A stretch of 53,514 nucleotides of DNA, from positions 1 through 53,514 of the forward strand of contig NW_021833888.1 of the NCBI RefSeq assembly GCF_006345805.1. The letters run 5' to 3'. Both the position numbers and the translations under genes were made by a program. This DNA comes from Octopus sinensis. Taxonomy: Eukaryota. Under the pieces are notes generated by a model. The model was not told the origin of the DNA and searched no databases. It was given only the letters and a program-made list of their open reading frames with translations. Position 1 is the first letter of the stretch. Each line of letters begins with the position of its first letter. Positions 25,893 to 40,449 of the stretch are shown piece after piece.

Positions 25893-26020
25893 AGCTGAGG
25901 GGATTGGAGCAACGTGAAATGAAGTGTTTTGCTCAAGAACACAACGCGTCGCCCGGTCCAGGAATCGAAACCATAATCTTACGATCATGGTGCTGACACC
26001 CTAACCACTAATCCACGCAT
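25893..26020 (-). mobile_element. 5' part of SINE family C
   Basis: Matches 13487-13615 (cagctgag..tggagcaacgtgaaat..tgctcaagaacacaac..cccggtcc). Confidence 0.8.
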
Positions 26021-26101
26021 TCCTTTAATACCAACTTTGAATCTCATCCAGCATTCCTTTACTGCAATTCGGCTTTGGCAGTTACACATCAAAACGAATC
26101 C

Positions 26102-26503
26102 CTACTCCTTTTTTTTCCTGTAATAGTTTTCAAGCGATACGTTTGTACAGCGCTCTAAACCAATGAGTGCACACGTGAAACCGTCGAGGATATTTTTCAC
26201 AACCATCGTTCTAATTATAATGGTTTTATTCGTCGATATTATCACAGATGGCATTGCTGTTGTTAATGCAGATATAATAACACATATCTGCAATACTAGC
26301 ATGGATCTCCAATATAAAATGCCCATGATATTGAATAATAAGTTGTTTTTTTGGTGTAAGTTTGTTACTGTAAATAGTATAATGATTGACTTTATTTGAG
26401 ATGTTCCAAATGCCATAGGAAATTTTCGTGTTGCTTGTTTTCTACCAATAACTATTAATGTGATCATATAAATGTTAAGGAAAGAAATTCCAGTAAGTGA
26501 CAA
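26102..26503 (-). pseudogene. Hydrophobic 133-aa ORF, probable TM5-TM7 remnant of an adhesion/Mth-like GPCR
   Basis: Non-repetitive ORF with hydrophobic segments LTGISFLNIYMITLIVI (TM5-like L..N...T) and LLFNIMGILYW (TM6-like LF..MG..W). Similar to the 13985-14400 fragment. Confidence 0.45.
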
Positions 26504-26514
26504 GTTATGTATGC

Positions 26515-26554
<40 letters not shown>

Positions 26555-26591
26555 ATATTATTAGAGACAATTTGGATTTATTCCCTAATAT

Positions 26592-26623
<32 letters not shown>

Positions 26624-26860
26624 TATATAAACATAAATGTGGGTGTGTGTATGTGTGTATGTATTATATGCATTTGTAACAATTATTATGCACTCCTTGA
26701 CTTACTTGATAAGAATAATGTAAGAAATCTTATATATGCTACAGGAAAAATATAAGATGTTCCACGACGTACGTGGCACCTCCAAAACAATGACAACAAC
26801 ACCAACAACACCACCACCACCAACAGCAAAATAACAATAATAATTATAATGATAATAACA

Positions 26861-26901
<41 letters not shown>

Positions 26902-26908
26902 AATGATA

Positions 26909-26973
<65 letters not shown>

Positions 26974-27066
26974 GTCTTAGAAATAATTCAGAAATACATT
27001 CAAATATGGTACGAATATATATGCGTTTATATATTCAATATCTTACAAAAACATGCATGTACGTAT

Positions 27067-27112
<46 letters not shown>

Positions 27113-27264
27113 AGAGAGGCCCACACACACATACACAGAGAGGCACACACACACACAATCACACATGTATATATATGTACGAGAGAGTGTTATCCGGGCG
27201 TATATGTGTATGAAGAAATAAATGTATGAACATATATTATTTGTTAATAAATAGGTATATTTAT

Positions 27265-27790
27265 GCACGACTATCCGAATAGTTCCACGAAGATTGATAC
27301 ATAACTAATGAAATAAGGAAAAGATTATCACCAAATGGAATGCTGCCATTGTTCCACAAGCATAGTGCTTTCTGTAGCAGCTTCAAAGCAGAAATCTATA
27401 CAATTGCATAACCATTAGACAATGATATAGAATAGCATACAAGGTAATTTCCACGATATATTGCAATTATATCAACAGTTATAATCGGAGGAAAACATTT
27501 TCCATAGAAAGCATTCTATAAGAATCTTGTAAATATTTAATAATAATTATATGCGACAGATAATAAAGCTGTTTAAGTGAACAACTGCAGATGTTTTCTT
27601 AAAGTTATGCCTGTGGTATTTTGCTCTTCAAAACATCGTGGCTGGTGTAAGATTCTTTCTTCGTCGTATGAAAAAACATTAAAAGATAAATATTCAGAAA
27701 AGAAAAAAACCCAGGATCTCTCAGAAATATGCACTAACAAAATATAAAAAGAAGAAATTCGCACAAAACGTGTGGAATCATACGAACGCG
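27265..27790 (-). pseudogene. Degraded TM1-TM4 region upstream of the 26102-26503 ORF
   Basis: Frameshifted pieces KKTSAVVHLNSFII (TM2-like H.N) and IVEITLYAILYHCLMVMQLYRFL (TM3-like). Separated from 26503 mostly by microsatellites. Confidence 0.35.
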
Positions 27791-27991
27791 CACACACATA
27801 ACTTTTCTCATGTCTATTTGTGCATCATTGCATCTGTGTTTGTAAGAAGTGCATATATATAAGTATATATATGTATATGTATATATATATATACACACAT
27901 ACAATGTGTGTAAGAATGCATATACATGTATATATGCATATGAAAATAATTGTATGCTGGTTGGTATGTGTGTTTGCGTATATGTATACAT

Positions 27992-28022
<31 letters not shown>

Positions 28023-28506
28023 GTATATATGTGTGTGTGTGTGTACGTCACATACATCGACACACTCACACATATGAGGTGAGTATAAATTATTGATTAT
28101 ATGCTAGATTCTCTGAGTTCTATGACTTAATTAGTGTTTAATTAGACATTCATTAGGTATATATATATATTTTTTATTGAACATGATTTTTATACGTTGC
28201 TGTTTTGTAAACATTTGAGATACAACTTCTGTTAGGGCATTACGAATACACACACACGCACACACAAGCATCTTATGTGATATATATATAAATATTAATG
28301 GACTAAAATAATTCACTGCTCTTCGTATGTTCATTGGGAAAAAATATATGAAGCGATATAATCAAGGAAATGTGAGTATGTATGTACGCTATAAGGAGAG
28401 AGCATAAAAGTATATATCATTGGGTGTCTCTTCCGTTATATGCATATGAATGTGTTCACTTACTCATTTCAACACTTCAGAATATTTTATTGTACAGCGT
28501 ATATCG

Positions 28507-28712
28507 TGTAGGCGCAATGGCCCGTTGGTAGGGCATCGGACTCGCGGTCGTAGGATCGCGGTTTCGATTCCCAGACCGGGCATTGTGAGTGTTTATTGAG
28601 CGGAAACACTTAAAGCTCCACGATCTCCGGGTGGTGGTGGTGGTGGTGAACCCTGCTGTACTCTTTAACCACAACCATCTCTCACTCTTTCTTCCTGTTT
28701 CTGTTGTACCTG
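28507..28712 (+). mobile_element. SINE family D, partial
   Basis: GGCGCAATGGCCCGTTGGTAGGGC..GGTTTCGATTCCCAGACCGGGC..TAAAGCTCCACGA. Confidence 0.85.
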
Positions 28713-29141
28713 TTTTCTTTGTGCAAACAGTCCTGGCCTCAAATGTATTATACTTTTTTTTTTTGACGTCAATGTATTTCATTGCTAAGAAAACACTATT
28801 TCGATAAATTCTATGCATGCAGAGACGCATGTGAACCACAAGTGTCCTCTTGTTTTTACCTAAATGGGATGCCAGTTTTGAGGGGAGATATATTCTTGAA
28901 AATATCGCGTTTTATATTCGAAATTGGTTGGAATTTCCATTAAGTGATGTGAAGGAAACAATTTTGCTGGGACTTGAAATAATTTCTATAAACCAAGAAT
29001 TTATCGTTAATATATTCATTAGTGCCTTTGATGTACAAAGAGGCACAACCGATCACACTTGTTTTCCTTAGTTCATTATTGACGCTTTCTATCTATCTAT
29101 CTATCTATCTATCTGTGTATCTATCTCTCACTCTTCTGTCA

Positions 29142-29202
<61 letters not shown>

Positions 29203-30115
29203 AATATACATATATATCAATCTATCTAGCTGCTTAGCTATCCACACATTTATGTGTGTGTGTATATTTAAAGAGTCACTCACATACACGCACACAAACA
29301 CCCATACCCTCCCCACACATAAATTAATGAAAAATACGTTAGAGCTGAATATGTAGACGATATAGATATCTCCCCAATAATGATACTAATTACCCAAGAT
29401 AATAGGAAACGCAATAAAGACACACGCACTCACACACCCACACACACACACGCACACACACACACGCACACACACACACAATCATATATAAATGGATGCG
29501 AAATACGTAAGCACTATATATGTACACGATATTGATATCTCCACAATAATGATGCTAATTACCTAAGATCATATGAAATGCAATTGATATTAAAAAACAA
29601 GAACTCAAGAATATGGAAGCATATTTATACTCACGCTAATTTTCTTTAATTGTATTTTTGAAACACACAAATATGTCCATTAGCAGTGGGCTTGTTTTCA
29701 TTTGCGTAAATAAAATTAATATTGATTTCAAAATTTGGCACTAGGCCAGCAACTTCGGGGGATATACAAAGATTTGATAAACTAATCTATAATTTGAAAC
29801 TGACCCCATAAAACAGTGACAAGCAAAATCTGTAACAAGTCTTTCTTCTTGATATATTACTAGTTTCGAAACTGAAGTGAAGACAACATGTTCTCTGTCT
29901 GTCTCCTTACCTTCTTGGAGATTTTAGGCAAAATTATACTAATGTGTCCATCTGTTTTAATTTAATTAAATTCTATGTCTTTCTGCAGCTGAGGATTGCT
30001 CTACATTTAAATTGATGTAATGATTGGATTGTTCAATTAAATGGAGTTGCTTGAAACGGGTGTACTGCATTACTTCTTGATATCCGTGTTGCTTATTATG
30101 AATATATATATGTAT

Positions 30116-30164
<49 letters not shown>

Positions 30165-30168
<4 letters not shown>

Positions 30169-31376
30169 TTATTTATTTCGCAAATAGGTGGAGTTACAAT
30201 CTTCTGAATGACTTTTCTGAATGTTATGATTTTTTCCTTCTGATTTGATAGCCGTTAATTTTAATGTGCTTTAGAAGCAAATTGCACGTAACTTTGCTTG
30301 CAGCTGTAACGGCAGCGTGCAATATTTTGCTTTTTTCCGTAAAGGCAAGAAGGTTGCTGAGGCTCAGAAAGAGATGTGTGAACTTTGTGGTGTTGATTGC
30401 TTAACAGAACGCACATGTCAGAAATAGTTTTAAAAATTCCTTTCTGGAGATTTTTCACTGGAAGATGACCAACGCTCTGGTCGACCTACCAAGGTTGAGG
30501 ATAACCGAATGAAAGCCATAATTGAATCTTATTGTTATATAATTGTCCGAGAGATTACAGAGAGGGTAAATATGTCACACACGATAAATAATAATAACTT
30601 TAACATGTCTTGGACTCGTTAAGAAGCTTGATATTTCAGTTCCACAGGAATAGAAAGAGGTTCACGTAACACTACGAATCAATATTTGCGATATTTGTAT
30701 CTCAAACGCTATGAAATCGACCTTGTTTTTTTTAAACGAATCATCACTGTGATGAAAAGTTGATTGTCTATAATAACATCAATTGAAAACGAGCATGATC
30801 CAAGCGTAATGAACCAGTACAAAGCACATTGAAAGCTGAATTGCATAAAAAAGTGGTCATGCTGTCAATTTGGTGTAATTACAAAGGTATGCATTTTGAG
30901 CTGTTTCCAAGCTACCAAACGATCTATTCAGATCTAATGAAACTGGAGGAAGGAATCAAAGAAAAACGGCGAGAATTGGCCAATCGTAAAGGAATCGTGT
31001 TCCGCCATGACAACATGAAACCTCACACATGTCTTTGCTAACTCGTTGAAAATTATTGGAGCTTGATTGGGAAGTGATGACACATCCACCATATAGCCTT
31101 GACCGTGCACCACCAGGATTACCATTTACTTTGAAGGTTACAAAATTCGTTGAATGGTAAACCTTTTAATATTGATGAAGACCCGAAATCGCACTTCTTT
31201 CTATTTATGGCTGATAAAGTTCAGAAGTTTTATGAGCTCGGAATCATGAAGTTGCCAGAAAGATGGCAAAATCGAATCTATGTAATTGATTAAAGTTCAT
31301 TCTTTGTATGGAAAAAAAAATGACTTTTATTTCACGCTAAAACACCGAAATAACTTTCTCGCCTACACAATTTATA
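30165..31376 (+). mobile_element. Decayed mariner transposon (transposase pseudogene at about 30310-31290)
   Basis: Translated pieces FRKGKKVAEAQKEMCE..LTERTCQK*F..FSLEDDQRSGRP, KVVMLSIW, FRHDNMKPH, HPPYSLDRAP and GIMKLPERWQ are diagnostic mariner motifs. TIR-like 3' end CCGAAATAACTTTCTCGCCTACACAAT. Many stops and frameshifts. Confidence 0.93.
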
Positions 31377-31680
31377 TTCATAAACGTCTAACGATTGAAG
31401 TGAATGCTCAACACCGCGTTGTTAAATAAAATTGGGTGAGTCCATCATCCACTTCCCTCACGATTGCTAGGTTAATATCTAAATTACCATCAGCTATAGT
31501 TTTACAGTCGTCAGTCATTGTCGACTCTATTTGGTGTAATCAAATTTCAAAGTGTATATTCGTTAAGAATGATGACAATACATTCGGAACATCACGAACT
31601 TTAGTATATTCTTTGACATGGACGCTCGTATCGAATATTTAAATGCGATACGTCTATCGGTTTTTCTGTAAGCGTGGATC

Positions 31681-31870
31681 TCACTTTCTCTTCTCTGGAA
31701 GCCATCTACTCGCGATACCAGAGGGCGTACACTCTCCTACAATGATGTAATCTCCAGGGATACAGGCATCCAGCAACAGGACCTCCGTAATGCTATGATG
31801 GACCGTGAAGTCTGGCGTAACATAGTAAATTCCATTGTCTCGACCACGGTCGAACAATGATGATGATGAT
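31681..31870 (+). mobile_element. 3' end of an RTE-clade LINE
   Basis: Translates LLWKPSTRDTRGRTLSYNDVISRDTGIQQQDLRNAMMDREVWRNIV...*, followed by a (TGA)n tail. The 'AM.DR..WR' C-terminus is typical of RTE elements. Confidence 0.85.
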
Positions 31871-32040
31871 TGCTGTACACTTATATAGAAGCTTTGTATA
31901 TTTTAAAATAAAGGATATGAAATGATATAGGCATAGGGACGTGACTAGAGATAAATTTACACCCATGAAGATTTTAATTATCATTGTCTGAGTGCTTATA
32001 TCGTCGAATAGATAACACATATAGGTGAAATTTCATAGTT

Positions 32041-32292
32041 TTAATGGGTTCTAGTACGGCATGGTTTTAATGGGTTCTAGCACGGAATGGGTTTAATGGG
32101 TTCTAGCACGGGATGGGTTTAATGGCTTCTAGCACGGGATGGGTTTAATAGGTTCTAGCATGGGATGGGTTTAATGGGTTCTAGCACGGGATGGGCTTAA
32201 TGGGTTCTAGTACGGCATGGGTTTAATGGGTTCTAGCACGGAATGGGTTTAATGGGTTCTTGCACGGGATGGGTTTAATGGTTTCTGGTACG
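32041..32292. repeat. 26-bp minisatellite, 9 full units plus 1 partial
   Basis: Unit TTAATGGGTTCTAGCACGGGATGGGT, tandem with no spacers. Confidence 0.95.
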
Positions 32293-33067
32293 ACTGATAG
32301 ACGAAAGTCGTTGAGAAGCCCGCATATACTAAAAATGGTCACATTTCTCTTTTCAAATACATTTCTCTCAGTACTGTACCGAAACCGTGGCGCTATCTTT
32401 ATGTGAATTTAAACTTAGTAGAAGAAGGCAGAGCAGAGAAGACAGACATCGGAATAACAACAGAAATATATAAAAAAAATGGAGTTGCATAAAAAATATT
32501 TTATTGTGTTTCTTTAAAAACTAATACAATAGAATTATTTTGATATACAATACGGTCGACTCCCATGGGATTCATGTACAATAAATTTTAAATCAAGAAC
32601 ATTAGAAATGTTTTGATGTTATGTAAGACTAGCGACGTGATTTGAGTGAGGACATTATAGATGATATTAAAAACAACAGTAAACAACATATTACACATGT
32701 GCATACTTTATAGACTGTTTATTGTGTTCTTATTGTTGACTATGTCACTCATGTTTAAAAGTGTTCTCATTAAATATTTAAAGATATTCATTGTGTATTT
32801 GTGTGTGTATATTTGTAAGTTGGTGAGTATATATTGTCGGTGTCTACGATAATGCAGTTAATGAGAGGCAGATCGATACGCCTGGAGTTCTACATGCACA
32901 CCCGAATAGGTAACGTACGTAAACGAATAGAGAAGCCTAACGCATAATTCTCTCACATATACACGAACATATAGGTATTGTACATACATACACTCATACA
33001 AACACACTTTACGCATATGTATATGTATGGAAACATATAGTACACGCACATAGATATAAATACACAT

Positions 33068-33726
<659 letters not shown>

Positions 33727-34825
33727 CGTCTTCATGATTGTATACGTGTCTTGTTCACAAGAGAAGAATATTTAACGAAGAAAATGTAATATAAAACATT
33801 CAAAGAGGGCAACACTAAGAATACCCTAGCGCTACGGCTAAAAATATTTAAAATAATTGTTATTAATTTCATAATTATTAATGTAATTATAATAATTATT
33901 ATTACTATTATTATGAGTAAAAGTATAATAATAGAAATGAAGTACTATATAATAATAATGTTCACAATAAAAATAAAAATAAAATTAAAATTAAAATTCT
34001 ACTACTACTACTAATAATAGTAATAATAACAAAACGAACGTAAAGATTGGTAACACTAATAATAAGAATTATCAAAGAGTAATTTAAATATATGAATTAT
34101 TTATAATAATACTTAAAACGGCTATTGATTCATAGCTGAATCAGTAAACAATTATTTCGTTGCATAATTAATATGACCCACACATCAATTTTCCCATGAT
34201 CATTACTTAAACACCGAAGAAGTATTTCTTAAGTTGGAAGGGCGGTACGTGTTTTCTAATTCATCGGAAATAAATGTAAACATCGACGCGAAACACAAAC
34301 ATACATGTATATACAAAAATATATACAAGGCAGTATAATTGCGTGGGCATATTTATGTATGCATGTATGTATATACATATGTGTTTGTACGTATGTATGC
34401 ACTATGTATGCACCTATGCATATATATATGTATCTATTTATATATGTGTGTGTGAGTCTGTACGTATATATGCAGGTATGTATGCAGTATGTATGTATTG
34501 AACTGTAAATTACCATAAGTTAAAACTTGGATATTTTTATATTTCTTTCTCAATGAATATTTTAAACTAATTTAAACTTTCGCGGTACTTTTGTGAAATC
34601 GACCGTGAACTCGCCTCGTATATCGAAATACAAAGTTCTGCTTTATATATATATATTTTTTATAGATTTCATTATCTAACGGAATGGCATTTTCTCTAAA
34701 AATACGGCGCGATGAAAATGCTCTCCTTTAGTAAAATAGTTGATTGCGCTCCTTTTATGGTACTATTGTAAATCGTTTTTATCATATTGTATTAGTTTAT
34801 CCTAAATAAATTTTTTTACTAAGGG

Positions 34826-35121
34826 TAGGAGTGGCTGTGTGGTAAGTAGCTTGCTTACGAACCACATAGTTCTGTGTTCAGTCCCACTGTGTGGCACCTT
34901 GGCCAAGTGTCTTCCGCTATAGCGTCGGCCGACTAAAGACTTGTGAGTGGATTTGGTAGACGAAGATTGAAAGAAGCCCGTCGTATATATGTGTGTATAT
35001 ATATATGCATGTATGTGTGTGTGTGTGTGGATATGTTTGTGTGTCTGTGTTTGTCCCGCTAACATCGCTCCAGCATAGCCAAAGTCAAAATGACTGAAAC
35101 ATGTAAAAGAGTAAAAGAGTA
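34826..35121 (+). mobile_element. SINE family B with an internal deletion
   Basis: Head and tail match the 16345 copy. Confidence 0.88.
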
Positions 35122-35202
35122 AGAAGGAAGACGGATGTTCGAAACCAAGATGAAATTCCAGCGAAGGAAGTATCTTGTGTTACTATTGACGAAAATGATG
35201 AC

Positions 35203-35241
<39 letters not shown>

Positions 35242-35434
35242 GAGGAGGAGGAGGAGGAGGATGACCACAACGATGACAGCGACGCCGGCAATAATAACAC
35301 TAATAATAGCAACATCATCATCATAATCATCATCATCAACAACAACAGCAGCAACAGTATGTCCTTATCATCTCCATCTACTTCAGCAACAAACATCATC
35401 ATCATCATCATAGTCGTCGTCGTCGTCGTCGTCG

Positions 35435-35476
<42 letters not shown>

Positions 35477-36180
35477 CCATCATCACCATCATCATCATCA
35501 CCATCATCATCATCACCATCATCATCATCTGCACCTTCTCAGAACTTGCTTTTCGTCTCGCTTTTGATATTCTACCGATACTCGAGTGCTAGTTCTAGGA
35601 TGTGAAGCATTCTCTAAGTGTTATTTTAGAAAACAATTTTTTCTGCTCCCCCAATATCTCGTTTTCCATTGTGCAGAAATAGATTTCAAACAACACTTAC
35701 TGACTGACAGAATAGAGACACTTTAAGCACATGCATTTAATACACAGCATTTAATAGACTGTATTTAATACTAAATTCTACAGTTATAATCGGCAGAGTT
35801 ATGAGGCTTTGTTAAGTGTTCTGTTCCAGCCCATCAAATATTGTCTCAAGAGAGAAAAGAGAGGAGATTCTTTCGACATTAGCAAAGGCATACTGCAGCA
35901 TATCAAATGGAGTCTCAAGACAAAAACCAGGTGACCCTTTCTCAAGCTCAGCAAAGGCATGTTACAGTACTAAATTAATTTGAGCAACGTTTAGCACGCC
36001 ACACTATACATATGTCCAATAGGATATCTCTCAGAAACAGACCACGTACAAATACGCTCTTCACAAGTCCACCAGCGGCTTTCAGATATGATCCATCCTA
36101 TTCTGATAAAAACGATAATACCGTCCAAGTTATCTTTAAAATTTACTCCACAAATATTTTGTCGTCAATACTACCTGTTT

Positions 36181-36399
36181 CTCGAGAAGTGCGTGGAACA
36201 GATAAAGGCTGCAATAAGGGTGGAGCACTTGTGGCAAACAGCACAGCTCGGAACTGCTCGAATACTCCAGAAGGTGCATGAAAAATAAGAGGTGTTACCT
36301 TAGATCACTGGTAGTCAACAACTGGTCCCGTAGTACATCTCCAGCATTCGAAGTTGTGCAAAGGCAATAATATTAATAATAATAATAATAATAATAATG

Positions 36400-36432
<33 letters not shown>

Positions 36433-36452
36433 TAATAATAATAATAATAATA
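36181..36452 (+). mobile_element. 3' end of an R4/Dong-like non-LTR retrotransposon with an (AAT)n tail
   Basis: The ORF ends ...VEHLWQTAQLGTARILQKVHEK*, matching the 'A.LGTARILRKVL' C-terminus of RLE-type R4/Dong elements. A short 3' UTR is followed by (AAT)n. Confidence 0.75.
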
Positions 36453-36484
<32 letters not shown>

Positions 36485-36621
36485 TATTACTATTACTAAT
36501 GTTGTCATTATTATTACTACTGTTGTTATTATTATCATTATTATTATTATTGTTGTTATTATTATTACTAGCAATATTATTATCCGTATTTTCATTATTG
36601 TTATTATCATTATTATTATTA

Positions 36622-36673
<52 letters not shown>

Positions 36674-36726
36674 CATTATTATTATTATCATTATTATTAT
36701 CATTATTATCATCATCATCATCATCA

Positions 36727-36784
<58 letters not shown>

Positions 36785-37527
36785 CATATATGTATTTTTG
36801 CACAAGTTGCGAGGGATAACAATGGTCATGGGGTGGATGTGTAGATTCGGCAAACAGTGATAGGATAAAAATCGATGGCAATTTCATAGTTAATTTCTCG
36901 GCTTAAGAGGGATTTCATTAGCGTGTACTGAGCGTATTGTTTCTGCACTGCCTCCGTCACAAATTGATAATTCCCGCAAACATGTGAATGGCGGCAATAC
37001 GATATTAGCGTCGTAATCTCGCTCGAAATACACGTTCTCTAAACATAATCCTGGTTGGTAGATTTACATGCTAATCAATATTTTAATTTGAATGGGAGCC
37101 CAGTGTTCGTTTAAGTCACGAAAGCTCTAATTTCGTTCAAGATGGTTTTGTTTACTCGTTGTATTATATCTAGCAGATGAGACAGAGTTTTATGAAATCG
37201 GTACGTTTTAAACAGAATATGGCAGGGTGTAGAGTATTCAATGATTATGTTTGTGTGTATGTGTTTTCTAGTGTGTGTTTGTGTGTTTGTCTTTTCGTAT
37301 GTGTGTGTGTGCGTACGTTTGTGAATGCGGGTATGTCGCTGTCTGATAGATAGGCAGATAAACAGAGAGAGAGAGAGAGAAACAGACAGAGAGAGAGAGA
37401 AAGAAACACAGCTCAATTACGTTGGATATGAACAGATAAATAATTTCTAATAAAAATGCACACATCCATGTTCACACTCTCTTGCACATTCGTGCCCACG
37501 TTATTGCACGTATACATACAAACATAC

Positions 37528-37697
37528 CCGTTACGTTCTGAGTTCAAATTCCGCCGAGGTCGACTTTGCCTTTCATCCTTTCGGGGTCGATAAATTAAGT
37601 ACCAGTTACGCACTGGGGTCGATGTAATCGACTTAAACTCTTTGTCTGTCCTTGTTTGTCCCCTCCATGTTTAGCCCCTTGTAAGCAATAAAAAATA
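37528..37697 (+). mobile_element. 5'-truncated SINE family A
   Basis: Core and 3' end match the 5522 copy. Confidence 0.88.
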
Positions 37698-37931
37698 ACA
37701 TACAAACATACATACAAATATATATACATATATACATACATACACACATGTATATATGCATCTATTCTTTTATGCATGCACAGGCGTTTGACTTCACCCG
37801 TGCTTTCACTCGCGGCTTCCATTCTTGTCACGGTCTGCCCCGAATCGCCACTCGTTGTGTGACCTAAAATTTTTACGTCTTAATGAGTCTTGACCAGCAC
37901 ATCACATATGTACACACACACACACACACAC

Positions 37932-37972
<41 letters not shown>

Positions 37973-37987
37973 TATATTATATATATA

Positions 37988-38018
<31 letters not shown>

Positions 38019-38066
38019 CGTACATATATATATAGTCGGAAGTACCAAAAAGCAAAACAATATGTA

Positions 38067-38119
<53 letters not shown>

Positions 38120-38894
38120 CGTACATGCATACATGCATACACATACACACATACATGTACAGAAAGCACTGAAAATGAACCATTTCAAGGCATTATTCCG
38201 AGTTTCAGGTTATCAGTTCGGATTACCAATTCCCTTTGTATACAACACTGGACACAAAAGGAATTCCAGTTCCTATCGAGTCAAACTCGTTTGATTATTG
38301 TCCCAATTAATATTGGAACAATCGCCGTGTTGTCCCATAATCTACTAATCCAATCGTCGCGATAAATCTGCAGTATGGAGATTCATCGCTTCATGCAATA
38401 TACTTAATTGTATGTATGGTCCACTTGGGATAACTGTAAGCATTTTTTTTGGGTGGGGTTTGTATTAACGAAGTCCAACAACGGTAGATGGGAGGAAGGG
38501 AAATCTATTAGATATTAGATCTCTTGTTCCGAAACAACAGCAATATTGCAATTGTTAGCATTCGACAAATTGTGAACCTGATATATATAGATTTAGTTTT
38601 CATTTAAAAGTAATTCAAATTGAGTAAAGTACCTGTTGTGCGATAGCGGAAAAAAGAATTTTGTGAAAGTCCAACGGTAATATATTCAAAGTAAATACTT
38701 CTGGTGACAATCGCTGTACGTTAGAATCCCTCCAAACAAAATGCAATTAGAATGATCGCAATTCATCAGATCAGTATGTATTTGGACATGAATTCGAGAA
38801 AATTTAATTAGATACCCTAACATTTCCAAAATTCTGCATAGTGCATGTTTCTCCGTTTCAAAAGCTTCTAATAGATCTGCAAAAAATTGGTAGA

Positions 38895-39030
38895 GTGAAA
38901 TCCGAGGTCGACTTTGTCTTTCAACATTTCGGGTTTGGTAAAATAAACATCAGTGAAGTAAAGAGGTCTATGTAATCAACAGATCCCTTCCCTCTGAAAG
39001 CGCCGGTCCTGTTCCAAAATTTGAAACCAT
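38895..39030 (+). mobile_element. Diverged SINE family A variant fragment
   Basis: CCGAGGTCGACTTTGTCTTTCA..CCAAAATTTGAAACCA. Confidence 0.65.
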
Positions 39031-40064
39031 TGTGCGTAATTCATAGTTCCAGAAGAATTTGCTAACGATAACAGTCAACCATGCGCCATTTCTTGCAGTT
39101 TAACCTTTTGGGGAAAATATATACGTAATCACGAGTCCGTTGGTGATCTTATCGAAAAAGCATTTCGTCCTCGTTTCTATGTTCTCCCTAGAGGTAAATT
39201 CTTGTCCGAGACAGTTGATTCTGTTAAAGCCATCTAAATAACCCTGAATGAAATGGAATTTCAGACACTGCAATGTAAAGTATGGAATTTGTCACAGGCA
39301 AAACGCCAAAAAGCAAAAACGGAGAAGTTCTCCGCAGATGCGGAACACACAGTACTTTTACTCTACGTTGAATAAGTGTGTGCTAATATAAGATAATGTG
39401 TCTAATCGATATTACGTGCTTTCTGTTCGGTTTTATTTCACCGGCAGATGAAAACAAGCTAAAAGATCAACAAATTTAAAAGCAGGAGTGCTTCTAAGAA
39501 TGTAAATCAACGTTGGTATTAATACAAGATTTTTTTTTAATCATCGGGTTGCCGCGTAACATCTATACGACCTTAGTCGGCTGAATATTCAATTATGATT
39601 TAAAACGGGAATTACTGCTTGTATTTAATTTATTTTCTCTCTGTTGTAATGAACGTTATTAGGCTAATATAAATAAAAATAGGTGTTTGTGATTTTATGT
39701 AATTATGTTTGTGTATCATCAAAACAAGACCAAACGTTCGATTTTTTTTCTTTATTATTAGTTAATTGTCGGATCTTTTTGTTTATGCACAAGACTTATT
39801 TTTGCTAGGGTTGAATAAATTCACTCGTCTCGCCAGACAACGCTAATGAGATTATAAATAAATACAGAACAAATTTGTATTATTAACAGATGGTATTGTT
39901 TACTTGTTCTCATTGTTCTTTAGTCTAAAGTCAGCCCTAACTGGGTAAATATATTATCGAAAGTTTCGTAGCTGTGTTCATCATGTCCTAAATATCAAAA
40001 TATTATAGTTTTCAAATTCAAATATCATTATTTATGAAAACATAATGTGATTATTAAATGGGAT

Positions 40065-40345
40065 AGTCGGTGAGTTGGCGAAAACGTTAGTGCACCGAGC
40101 GAAATGCATAACGCTATTTCGTTTACCGTTACGTTCTGAGTTCAAATTCCGCCGAGGTCGACTTTGTCTTTCATCCTTTCGGGATCGATAAATTAAGTAC
40201 CAGTTACACACTGTTTTTGTCTACCATACCGTTTCTGTCTACTGGTACAAAAAGGAATTAAGAGGTAATCGAATTAATCCCTTTGTCTGTCATTGTTTGT
40301 CGCCCCTAGTTTTGCCCCTTGTGGGCAATGAATAAATAAGAAATA
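40065..40345 (+). mobile_element. SINE family A with an internal insertion of about 50 bp
   Basis: Head and core match; extra sequence at about 40214-40263. Confidence 0.8.
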
Positions 40346-40449
40346 AAATATTAATATTAAAATAGATTTTGTTGAGTAGCGAATTAACGAAGGAAAATTT
40401 GGTCGAAATAAATTTTGCATATTAATCATGTTTGCTTTGCACAGCAACA

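Noticed and set aside
32041-32292. CRISPR-like array
   Set aside because: Contiguous tandem units with no unique spacers, no cas genes, and a eukaryotic context.
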